Below, piece by piece: positions 1 to 5,987 of a DNA stretch of 24,259 nt (position 1 is its first letter; each line of letters starts with the position of its first letter). A model generated the notes under the pieces. The model did no database searches. It was given only the letters and a program-made list of their open reading frames with translations, and had not been told where the DNA came from. The translations under genes were made by a program, and so were the position numbers. The stretch lies in the IMG/VR virus record IMGVR_UViG_3300042204_000022; one strand, 5' to 3'. The DNA is from a virus. Lineage: Duplodnaviria > Heunggongvirae > Uroviricota > Caudoviricetes.

Positions 1-127
1 GAGAGCGGCAAATAGAATTGCTTGTCGTTTGCTAAATTTGAAATCAATCTTTTTCATATCATCATTCTAAATTGAAACATAAAAAAAGTCAAGCATAAGC
101 TTGATTTTTCTTTTACACTCTTGCAGA
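1..127 (-). repeat. Exact inverted copy of 4576-4702 (promoter and first codons of the 4646 gene, ending at the TTGCAGA core)
   Basis: Base-by-base reverse complement; position n pairs with 4703-n; identity stops at base 128. Confidence 0.95.
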
Positions 128-139
128 GAGTGCAGTAAG
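116..139 (+). repeat. Recombination site S1: CACTC-TTGCAGA-GAGTGCAGTAAG (symmetric arms)
   Basis: Core 121-127 flanked by the inverted pentamers CACTC/GAGTG. Confidence 0.85.
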
Positions 140-491
140 CTCTTCGAAACTAGACCGCAGCACGTTTCCTGCGTCTCTAAACGACTCTAATTCAGCCTCG
201 TCAGGAAGCGTAAGCCGCTCCGTTACTATACCTGCAAAGGGTCTTGTTATTGCGTTTGGAGTTGTTAGAAAGGGGCCCTCAGGGGCACTGTCTGGGGTCA
301 TCAGTGCGTCAGGAACCGCATTCGTTAGTGGGGTAGGAACGTCATCGGCAAACGACCTTGGGTATGCAACAATTCCAGCAATTAGATTCATCAACGTGCA
401 GCCCGGTACGCTTACTGTATCCATGAACGGAACCGACAACCTCGCCATAGCGTTGACATTTATACCTGTTATTTCATCTACGTTCGCCTAG
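120..491 (+). CDS. Silent variable cassette A (no start codon): LAESAVSSSKLDRSTFPAS...LTFIPVISSTFA*
   Basis: Open frame from S1 to TAG 489-491. It is missing from the ORF track because it has no upstream start. Confidence 0.8.
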   Translation, partial: LAESAVSSSKLDRSTFPASLNDSNSASSGSVSRSVTIPAKGLVIAFGVVRKGPSGALSGVISASGTAFVSGVGTSSANDLGYATIPAIRFINVQPGTLTVSMNGTDNLAIALTFIPVISSTFA

Positions 492-518
492 TGTTGCACC
501 ACCTGCAAGAGCGTTGAA

Positions 519-833
519 CTAATCTACGTAAATAAACGACCCGTCGTCGAGCACTTGGTCGATCTTTTCGTCGCCAATATTCTTTAAGAGGGACTTAAAT
601 GTTTTTTCTACTTCAGTGCTATCGCTATTAGTTGTCCACACGAACATGGCAAACTTTTTATCGTTTTTTTCGTAGTTCTTTCCGTAAGAGTATATTGGTG
701 CTACGCTGCTCGATCTGACCAATATCCCGTTCTTAAGATATGGGTATCCGCCAGAGAAGGTTCTGACATACATTTCGTCTTTTCTTAGTGCGTGGCAAAG
801 ACCAACTTTATCGTGTTCTGCGTATTGTTTCAT
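519..833 (-). CDS. Hypothetical 104-aa passenger protein inside the inversion array
   Basis: ORF with a dedicated promoter directly upstream; no recognisable motif. Confidence 0.7.
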   Translation of the reverse strand: MKQYAEHDKVGLCHALRKDEMYVRTFSGGYPYLKNGILVRSSSVAPIYSYGKNYEKNDKKFAMFVWTTNSDSTEVEKTFKSLLKNIGDEKIDQVLDDGSFIYVD

Positions 834-839
834 ATACTA

Positions 840-868
840 ATTATACCAAAGCATTACCGTTTTGGCAA
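840..868 (-). promoter_or_regulatory. Sigma70 promoter TTGCCA-17-(TGG)TATAAT, 6 nt before ATG 833 (leaderless)
   Basis: -35 at 863-868, -10 at 840-845. Confidence 0.75.
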
Positions 869-873
869 ATCAA

Positions 874-897
874 CACTCTTGCAGATAATGGTGTAAC
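874..897 (+). repeat. Recombination site S2: CACTC-TTGCAGA-TAATGGTGTAAC
   Basis: Core 879-885; 872-897 is identical (26 bp) to 2736-2761. Confidence 0.85.
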
Positions 898-1210
898 AGC
901 CAATAAGATAGATTTTTCTACTATACAAAGTGGGTGGAATTTCGTGGTTGGAAGCGGGACCGCTAATTCAACAAAAACAATAACATTTAGCGACTCGTTT
1001 TCTGCTCCCCCACTGGTATTTATGTCAATGATTGGATATAAAACTGGATCTAACCCAACATCGCCAACCGATATAAACGCACCAGCGTCTTGGACGGTAG
1101 GAACGAACAATGTGACCTCAAACGATTTTCTAGCGTTCTATTCTCAAGCTAGTGGTACGCTCGCAACTAATGTGCGGATACTATTCTACTGGATAGCGAT
1201 TGGGAATTAA
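878..1210 (+). CDS. Silent variable cassette B, gp53-like/H-type-lectin-like tail-fibre C-terminal domain: LADNGVTANKIDFSTIQSGW...FYWIAIGN*
   Basis: In frame from S2. Motifs QSGW, TITFSDSF..PP.V and YWIAIG are typical of tail-fibre C-termini. The track start at 788 overlaps the opposite-strand gene and is unlikely. Confidence 0.8.
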   Translation, partial: LADNGVTANKIDFSTIQSGWNFVVGSGTANSTKTITFSDSFSAPPLVFMSMIGYKTGSNPTSPTDINAPASWTVGTNNVTSNDFLAFYSQASGTLATNVRILFYWIAIGN

Positions 1211-1215
1211 CCCCT

Positions 1216-1662
1216 TTTGCAGAGAGTGCAGTAACAAGATCAAAAATAGGTTCTTCGACATTTCCGAAGGTGCACGCCTACAGAGCTGCTGCTGTTAATT
1301 CAACTAATGGTTCTGGTAGTAAAATAGTATTTGATACAGAGACAATTGACACCCATAACGCTTACAGCACGTCTACTGGAGTTTTTACCGCGCCATACAC
1401 GGGAGACTACTTCATTAGCATCGGTGGTGGCAACACGGCTGCGACAAGTACTGTGATGTATTGGTACATAAAAAGAAACAGCACCACTATCAGACAAGGT
1501 ACTGTCTGGAATCCTTCGAACACTAACAATCGTCAAACATTAACGACCACAGTTTCATTAACTGCGTCAGACACTATTGAGTGTTGGTATGTAGGTGGTG
1601 GAGGTTCGGTTATCGCCGTAGGTCAAGAGAATCTATTTCTTGATATTAACTACTTACCTTAG
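1216..1662 (+). CDS. Silent variable cassette C, C1q/TNF-like domain: FAESAVTRSKIGSSTFPKVHAY...LDINYLP*
   Basis: In frame from S3; FDTETIDTHNAYSTSTGVFTAPYTGDYFI matches the C1q-like F..N...Y...TG.FTAP..G.Y.F pattern. Confidence 0.8.
   Translation, partial: FAESAVTRSKIGSSTFPKVHAYRAAAVNSTNGSGSKIVFDTETIDTHNAYSTSTGVFTAPYTGDYFISIGGGNTAATSTVMYWYIKRNSTTIRQGTVWNPSNTNNRQTLTTTVSLTASDTIECWYVGGGGSVIAVGQENLFLDINYLP
1217..1235 (+). repeat. Recombination site S3: TTGCAGA-GAGTGCAGTAAC
   Basis: Core begins 6 nt after the stop of cassette B. Confidence 0.85.
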
Positions 1663-2103
1663 TTAAATCAACTCAACCATAATAAATGGTTTAGTATTTG
1701 AAGCACTGATTGTTCCTGCATTACAGGCGATTGTTCCTGAACCAGATTGACGATATGCTGTAAGTTTATAGGTGTGTGAACCCGCAGACGGAGCGTCTAC
1801 GATTACCGACCAATATGCGTTATAGCCAAAAACATTAGGGTGAGCTAAGGTGTGAAAACCTAGATAGGTAGAACCTTCTTTGATGAATACACGAGATGTA
1901 TCACCAGAGCTTGTACTTGATAGCCATGTCTGAGCGGTGATACGTATCGAGCGTCCACCTGTCGGAATGCTCACCGTAATGCTTAGACCTGTTAGGTCTA
2001 CCTCTGTTGATGTGATACCGCCTTGGGTCGTCGAGGTTGTTGCGTAGCCTAAAAGTATTGCTCCTGGAGCGACCTTCGTGGCTGTCACTGCACTCTCTGC
2101 AAA
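1663..2103 (-). CDS. Silent variable cassette D: FAESAVTATKVAPGAILLGY...PFIMVELI*
   Basis: In frame from S4; its stop abuts the stop of cassette C; beta-rich, with a GSHTYKL motif. Confidence 0.8.
   Translation of the reverse strand, partial: FAESAVTATKVAPGAILLGYATTSTTQGGITSTEVDLTGLSITVSIPTGGRSIRITAQTWLSSTSSGDTSRVFIKEGSTYLGFHTLAHPNVFGYNAYWSVIVDAPSAGSHTYKLTAYRQSGSGTIACNAGTISASNTKPFIMVELI
2084..2102 (-). repeat. Recombination site S4: TTGCAGA-GAGTGCAGTGAC
   Basis: Core 2096-2102 on the minus strand. Confidence 0.85.
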
Positions 2104-2115
2104 AATGATTGCTTA

Positions 2116-2508
2116 TCAAGTACCAAATGCGACCCAAGTATAGAATAGCGTGTGACCAGCCGTGAAGTTAGCCCCCTGTCTTGTGATAACGACCTGAAAA
2201 CCTGTTGTTGACTCGTTATTCGCCGCAGCCTGCATGTTATCAATATAAGATGTTGACGTTCCTGGATATGCACCAGAACCACTTCCTGTCATTATGCCAC
2301 CCCCCGCTGTTACTAGTACGACGGGGAGACTCGTATACGGAGTCGGAAATGTCACAGACTCTGAAAGATTTGTTGCTGCCGCCCCGGCGATTCTCCCCCA
2401 GCCATACTGAATCTTGACGCTATTGGGGTTGGAGTTGGTGGTATCATATTGTCTCGCTATGAAAGTACCGAAATCGACTTTACTACCCGTTACAGCATTG
2501 TCTGCAAG
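2116..2508 (-). CDS. Silent variable cassette E, gp53-like tail-fibre C-terminal domain: LADNAVTGSKVDFGTF...IQYGWG...VTFPTPY...YTWVAFGT*
   Basis: In frame from S5 to TGA; shares motifs with cassette B. Confidence 0.8.
   Translation of the reverse strand, partial: LADNAVTGSKVDFGTFIARQYDTTNSNPNSVKIQYGWGRIAGAAATNLSESVTFPTPYTSLPVVLVTAGGGIMTGSGSGAYPGTSTSYIDNMQAAANNESTTGFQVVITRQGANFTAGHTLFYTWVAFGT
2489..2507 (-). repeat. Recombination site S5: TTGCAGA-CAATGCTGTAAC
   Basis: Core 2501-2507 on the minus strand; upstream arm is CTTTC. Confidence 0.8.
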
Positions 2509-2521
2509 AAAGTCAACCCCT

Positions 2522-2537
2522 ATTATGGTATAATAAA
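2522..2537 (+). promoter_or_regulatory. Extended -10 promoter ATTATGGTATAATAAA for the constant exon
   Basis: TGnTATAAT with no good -35; the 16-mer is identical to the one upstream of the portal gene (23121-23136, minus). Confidence 0.7.
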
Positions 2538-2603
2538 GTTAATGAATGTCCTCTTTTTGGACTAGAAAATAAAAGAAAAACACCCTCGGAGAATACAAAA
2601 AGC

Positions 2604-3191
2604 ATGGCATTACCAAACCCCGGAATGGACGCAGTACCGTTCACGCCACTTACAGCTGAATTTTTAGACGACATGATCGAGAATATCGAGTCTCTATCAG
2701 ATGGTACAGGGTTCGAAAATGGTGCAATTACCACGAACACTCTTGCAGATAATGGTGTAACGATAGATAAGATCGATAGTTCCGGCTATCCTAGGTTTAT
2801 TGCCAGCAAGAACGTAAGTCAGGGCGGAGCGACCACCGGGACAGTAATAGCATATCCCGCCAAAGAGCTTGACACACATAACGCGTACAGTACCGCTAAC
2901 TCAAGATTCACGGCGCCAATATCGGGTACGTACATGTTCATGGCCGGAGCATTCGCAAACGGTGCGGCCAATACTGGACTCATTATCAATATATCTAAAA
3001 ACGGAGTGGCACAATATCGCGGAGGAGACGGTGCTGGATCGGCATTCGAGAGAGGTTCAAATGTTGTGGCACTTGTTCAACTGTCCGCGGGCGACTATGT
3101 TGATGTTCGCATTCAGTATATAGCCGGAACCAGTAATATAGAGGGGTTCGCATCCCACAAATTCAGTGGGTTTATGGTATTCGGGTCGTAG
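2604..3191 (+). CDS. Expressed receptor-binding/tail-fibre protein: constant N-terminus (2604-2741) fused at S6 to cassette F (C1q-like)
   Basis: The only ORF in the array with an ATG and promoter ahead of a site; C-terminal DTHNAYSTANSRFTAPISGTYMF is a C1q-like motif shared with cassette C. Confidence 0.85.
   Translation: MALPNPGMDAVPFTPLTAEFLDDMIENIESLSDGTGFENGAITTNTLADNGVTIDKIDSSGYPRFIASKNVSQGGATTGTVIAYPAKELDTHNAYSTANSRFTAPISGTYMFMAGAFANGAANTGLIINISKNGVAQYRGGDGAGSAFERGSNVVALVQLSAGDYVDVRIQYIAGTSNIEGFASHKFSGFMVFGS
2738..2761 (+). repeat. Recombination site S6 (expression site): CACTC-TTGCAGA-TAATGGTGTAAC
   Basis: Core 2743-2749 inside codons T-L-A-D. Confidence 0.88.
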
Positions 3192-3194
3192 TCT

Positions 3195-3617
3195 TTTGCA
3201 GAGAGTGCAGTAACACGTTCTAAAATAGATTTTACTACCTTTGTTGGCTACTATACAAACATCAGTACAATCACTACAATTACAGCAGGGAACTTCAGTG
3301 GTACGTCAACTCGTTCAAGTCAATCCGCTACCATCCCAGCCAACTGTACTAGGGCGTTAATCGTTGCTACCGTTCGTCTACAGTCTCAGGGGGCGTCAGC
3401 GAATGACATGTCTTCTAGAATACAAGTAGGAGGAAGTGGAAATAGCACTGGTACTGGTGTTGTTACTGGAGTAGGGACATTTAACGGTAGTATGTCTACT
3501 ATGCTTGGAATACTCACTGTTTCTCCGGGTTCTAACACCTTTGATTTGGTTTGTACTGCTGTGTCAAGCGCCTCAGCTTCAAACTACACTTGTCTTGTTA
3601 TACCGTTACCAAGTTAA
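3195..3617 (+). CDS. Silent variable cassette G: FAESAVTRSKIDFTTFVGYY...CLVIPLPS*
   Basis: In frame from S7; includes the track ORF 3408-3617. Confidence 0.8.
   Translation, partial: FAESAVTRSKIDFTTFVGYYTNISTITTITAGNFSGTSTRSSQSATIPANCTRALIVATVRLQSQGASANDMSSRIQVGGSGNSTGTGVVTGVGTFNGSMSTMLGILTVSPGSNTFDLVCTAVSSASASNYTCLVIPLPS
3196..3214 (+). repeat. Recombination site S7: TTGCAGA-GAGTGCAGTAAC
   Basis: Core begins 4 nt after the stop of cassette F. Confidence 0.85.
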
Positions 3618-4144
3618 TCGTGTCCTAGAACGATAACACTTGAGTTTGCAGCAAAGTTGCCTGTTCCGCCAACGTTTACTATCTCAATACTACTAATCTG
3701 ATTTGATGAGTTCGCCCATTTGACAAGCAATTCGGCACGATCCGGAGCAGAGGCCGCACTAGACGGCGTACCAGTGAAGTTACCAAACCTCTGTACTGTT
3801 ATATTCTTTTCGTTCGTGGCAATATTCACGACATCTAATATTCCTCCCGCGAATGTATACGCAAACGCACCCGCTAAAGATGCTCTGTTTTGGCTAACCG
3901 ATGTACTATCGGCACCACCGTTTGTTGATATACGCACAGCATAGTTGTTGCCACTATCACCGTTGAGTCTAAATGCGTTTTCTACTGTTCCCCCTGTCGC
4001 GTGTATAGAGACATAAATACGTAGATATTTTTTCGGCGTGAATGACAATGCGATGCTTCCGCTGGTAGTGCCCAGAACTGTTCTACCAAGTTCCTCCCAC
4101 CATATTCCAGAGGTCTTACTAAAGGTTACTGCACTCTCTGCAAA
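3614..4144 (-). CDS. Silent variable cassette H: FAESAVTFSKTSGIWWEELGRTVL...VIVLGHD*
   Basis: In frame from S8; its stop shares the palindrome TTAA (3614-3617) with cassette G. Confidence 0.8.
   Translation of the reverse strand, partial: FAESAVTFSKTSGIWWEELGRTVLGTTSGSIALSFTPKKYLRIYVSIHATGGTVENAFRLNGDSGNNYAVRISTNGGADSTSVSQNRASLAGAFAYTFAGGILDVVNIATNEKNITVQRFGNFTGTPSSAASAPDRAELLVKWANSSNQISSIEIVNVGGTGNFAANSSVIVLGHD
4125..4143 (-). repeat. Recombination site S8: TTGCAGA-GAGTGCAGTAAC
   Basis: Core 4137-4143 on the minus strand. Confidence 0.85.
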
Positions 4145-4148
4145 AATG

Positions 4149-4583
4149 TTACAGCGGGATGACCGTTATTCTTCTGTCTAAGAAGTGACCAACACCAGCA
4201 TTGATTTTATATTGCATCTTGAAAGTTGTAGAACCTTGGTTAAGACCAGTCAAAAGAAATGTTGCCCCTATTCTACATCCAGCATTTGTTGTTACATTGT
4301 CTACTAAACGAGTCTGAACAGACAGGTTCTCTGCTGGAGCAATTGTATTCGCGCCACTAGCGACAAACCCTATAAAGTTGTTGGCAGTAGCTGTGTCACT
4401 CATTGTGCTTCCATAGAGGCAGACAAGTGCTAGCCCGTTAAGACCAATTGTCACAGTAACAGATGGACCTGTAGTTGCTAAGTCAACAAAAGAACCGACC
4501 GTAGAGGTGCTTTGCTGTGTGGCTACAAAAGCTGTAGTCGCGCCAGTATTGAGTTTTCTTGGCGTTATAACATTATCTGCAAG
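4149..4583 (-). CDS. Silent variable cassette I: LADNVITPRKLNTGATTAFV...RRITVIPL*
   Basis: In frame from S9; resembles cassette D (VDL.....VTV, GSTTFK). Confidence 0.8.
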   Translation of the reverse strand, partial: LADNVITPRKLNTGATTAFVATQQSTSTVGSFVDLATTGPSVTVTIGLNGLALVCLYGSTMSDTATANNFIGFVASGANTIAPAENLSVQTRLVDNVTTNAGCRIGATFLLTGLNQGSTTFKMQYKINAGVGHFLDRRITVIPL

Positions 4584-4587
4584 AGTG
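4564..4587 (-). repeat. Recombination site S9 (right boundary): CACTC-TTGCAGA-TAATGTTATAAC
   Basis: Core 4576-4582 on the minus strand. Confidence 0.85.
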
Positions 4588-4592
4588 TAAAA

Positions 4593-4622
4593 GAAAAATC
4601 AAGCTTATGCTTGACTTTTTTT
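4593..4622. terminator. Possible bidirectional intrinsic terminator or operator: A-tract TCAAGC-TTAT-GCTTGA T-tract
   Basis: 6-bp stem at 4599-4614 followed by T-runs on both strands; overlaps the -35 of the 4646 promoter. Confidence 0.45.
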
Positions 4623-4639
4623 ATGTTTCAATTTAGAAT
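4611..4639 (+). promoter_or_regulatory. Sigma70 promoter TTGACT-17-TAGAAT, 6 nt before ATG 4646 (leaderless)
   Basis: -35 at 4611-4616, -10 at 4634-4639. Confidence 0.75.
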
Positions 4640-4645
4640 GATGAT

Positions 4646-5185
4646 ATGAAAAAGATTGATTTCAAATTTAGCAAACGACAAGCAATTCTATTTGCCGCTC
4701 TCATAGCTCTCACAGGCTTCGGAGCATGGTCAGCGAACACTTTATCGTCTTCTGGGCCACAAGCGTCTGTAGATAGCTTAAAACACGTCACAGAGCATGT
4801 TTCTGACGTGCCGTCTAGTGTAGAACCAGAAATTGCTGATAATACGGTCGTAAACGTCGCTCCCGCTACGCAAGAAGTCGCACCTGAACCAAAACCCGCT
4901 GAAGCACCAGCACCAACCGTCTATGAAAAGTACGGGGTGAGCGAATCTATCGTTCAGAAATTTGAATCATACTATCCTACCTACGCAAGTCAGAACAAAG
5001 ACTTGTTCGTATCAGATGTCAGTAAGGTTGTATCTGCTGTCGGCGAAGATAATGCTGTGCGTGTTATAGAGACTCATGCGAATAAGACTGGGGTGAACGG
5101 CACTACTACCGCCGAGAAGAACTCATTCATGAGGCTTCATCTCACCTACGGAATCTCTTTTGAGCCTTGGTCTACTGTGTTGTAG
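4646..5185 (+). CDS. Moron-like membrane-anchored or exported protein
   Basis: Basic N-terminus plus hydrophobic segment (AILFAALIALTGFGAW), Pro/Ala-rich linker, own promoter, antisense to the tail operon. Confidence 0.7.
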   Translation: MKKIDFKFSKRQAILFAALIALTGFGAWSANTLSSSGPQASVDSLKHVTEHVSDVPSSVEPEIADNTVVNVAPATQEVAPEPKPAEAPAPTVYEKYGVSESIVQKFESYYPTYASQNKDLFVSDVSKVVSAVGEDNAVRVIETHANKTGVNGTTTAEKNSFMRLHLTYGISFEPWSTVL

Positions 5186-5624
5186 ACGAATAAGGAATAA
5201 TTCTGTAGCTGATCGTAGCGTTGGTCAACGTAGCCCCACTTGCCAAGAACTGGTTCTGGCTCACCGCTGTGATTGTCAGGGTTCTACCAGATAGGCTGGT
5301 GAATATCTCGAAACCAATATTTTCGTTCGTATAGCCAGAGGCGTTCAGTAGAATGCGATACACGCCTCTTCCCGGTGCAGCCCAACGGTTCGTATCAACA
5401 GCCCAGTTCGGGTAAGTGAACGCAGTTGTGTACGGTCCATTAAACATAATGTCGCAGTAGTCTGCGGTAACAGCAAGCGTCACGGTGAAAGTACGAGTAA
5501 TCATACCCGTAGAAGCCATTTCTGGTGCTGAACCGCCTAATACGAAGCTGCCCGTCTGAACGTCGTTGTCGGCTTTGAAGGTGTTAACTGATGTTAATAG
5601 AATAAGTTTAGATAAATCAACCAT
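5172..5624 (-). CDS. Putative tail-tip/baseplate protein
   Basis: Last gene of the translationally coupled tail operon; beta-rich. Confidence 0.6.
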   Translation of the reverse strand: MVDLSKLILLTSVNTFKADNDVQTGSFVLGGSAPEMASTGMITRTFTVTLAVTADYCDIMFNGPYTTAFTYPNWAVDTNRWAAPGRGVYRILLNASGYTNENIGFEIFTSLSGRTLTITAVSQNQFLASGATLTNATISYRIIPYSSTTQ

Positions 5625-5986
5625 TATGAGTCCAAGTAAATTCCATATTTAACGGGTCTTGTCGCTGTGAAGATGCTACCATCGTAGCTAGCACTGGCGA
5701 TCACGAAGAAGCTGGTGCTATCAATAGAGGGACTAATCATAATCACACCATTAGTAACACCTCCTGGTCCACGAACATCGTTGCAGAACTCATTTGCCCA
5801 CCAGATACCGTTGTTTTGATAGTCTGCTGCGACGACAAACTGGGGAATATACCCAAGATTGTGAGTAATTGATGTCTGGTTGGGGTCATAACCCGTAGAA
5901 ACTGCGTTCATCTGACCAAAGAAAGATGATCTTTTTAGATAGTTGTTGCCTGAGTAGAATTGTAGTTTTGTTAAATCAACAGCCAT
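5624..5986 (-). CDS. Putative tail-tip/baseplate protein (start revised to ATG 5986, MAVDLTKLQF)
   Basis: ATG 1 nt after the upstream stop; THNLGYIPQFVV motif is common in phage tail proteins. Confidence 0.6.
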   Translation of the reverse strand: MAVDLTKLQFYSGNNYLKRSSFFGQMNAVSTGYDPNQTSITHNLGYIPQFVVAADYQNNGIWWANEFCNDVRGPGGVTNGVIMISPSIDSTSFFVIASASYDGSIFTATRPVKYGIYLDS

Positions 5987-5987
5987 G

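Larger units (their letters stand above)
121..4582. mobile_element. Shufflon-like multiple DNA inversion region for a receptor-binding/tail-fibre protein (9 sites, 8 segments, 9 variable cassettes, 1 constant exon)
   Basis: Nine TTGCAGA cores (5 plus, 4 minus), each with an nArTGnwrT(A/G)A(C/G) right arm and each opening a start-less ORF in the same L/F-A-D/E frame as the intact gene 2604-3191. Confidence 0.9.

Noticed and set aside
113-448. Track ORF on the minus strand (111 aa)
   Set aside because: Antisense shadow of cassette A.
519-833. 104-aa ORF as the invertase
   Set aside because: Too short and lacks tyrosine- or serine-recombinase catalytic motifs.
788-877. Track start for cassette B at 788, and internal GTG/ATG starts given for cassettes C, D, E, G, H and I
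   Set aside because: No promoter or RBS support; the frames continue upstream to the recombination site.
121-4582. Diversity-generating retroelement as the explanation for the cassettes
   Set aside because: No reverse transcriptase and no ~100-bp TR/VR pair differing only at adenines; the cassettes share only a ~19-26 bp 5' site.
121-4582. CRISPR array
   Set aside because: The repeats occur on both strands and the intervening segments are 240-940 bp of coding sequence.
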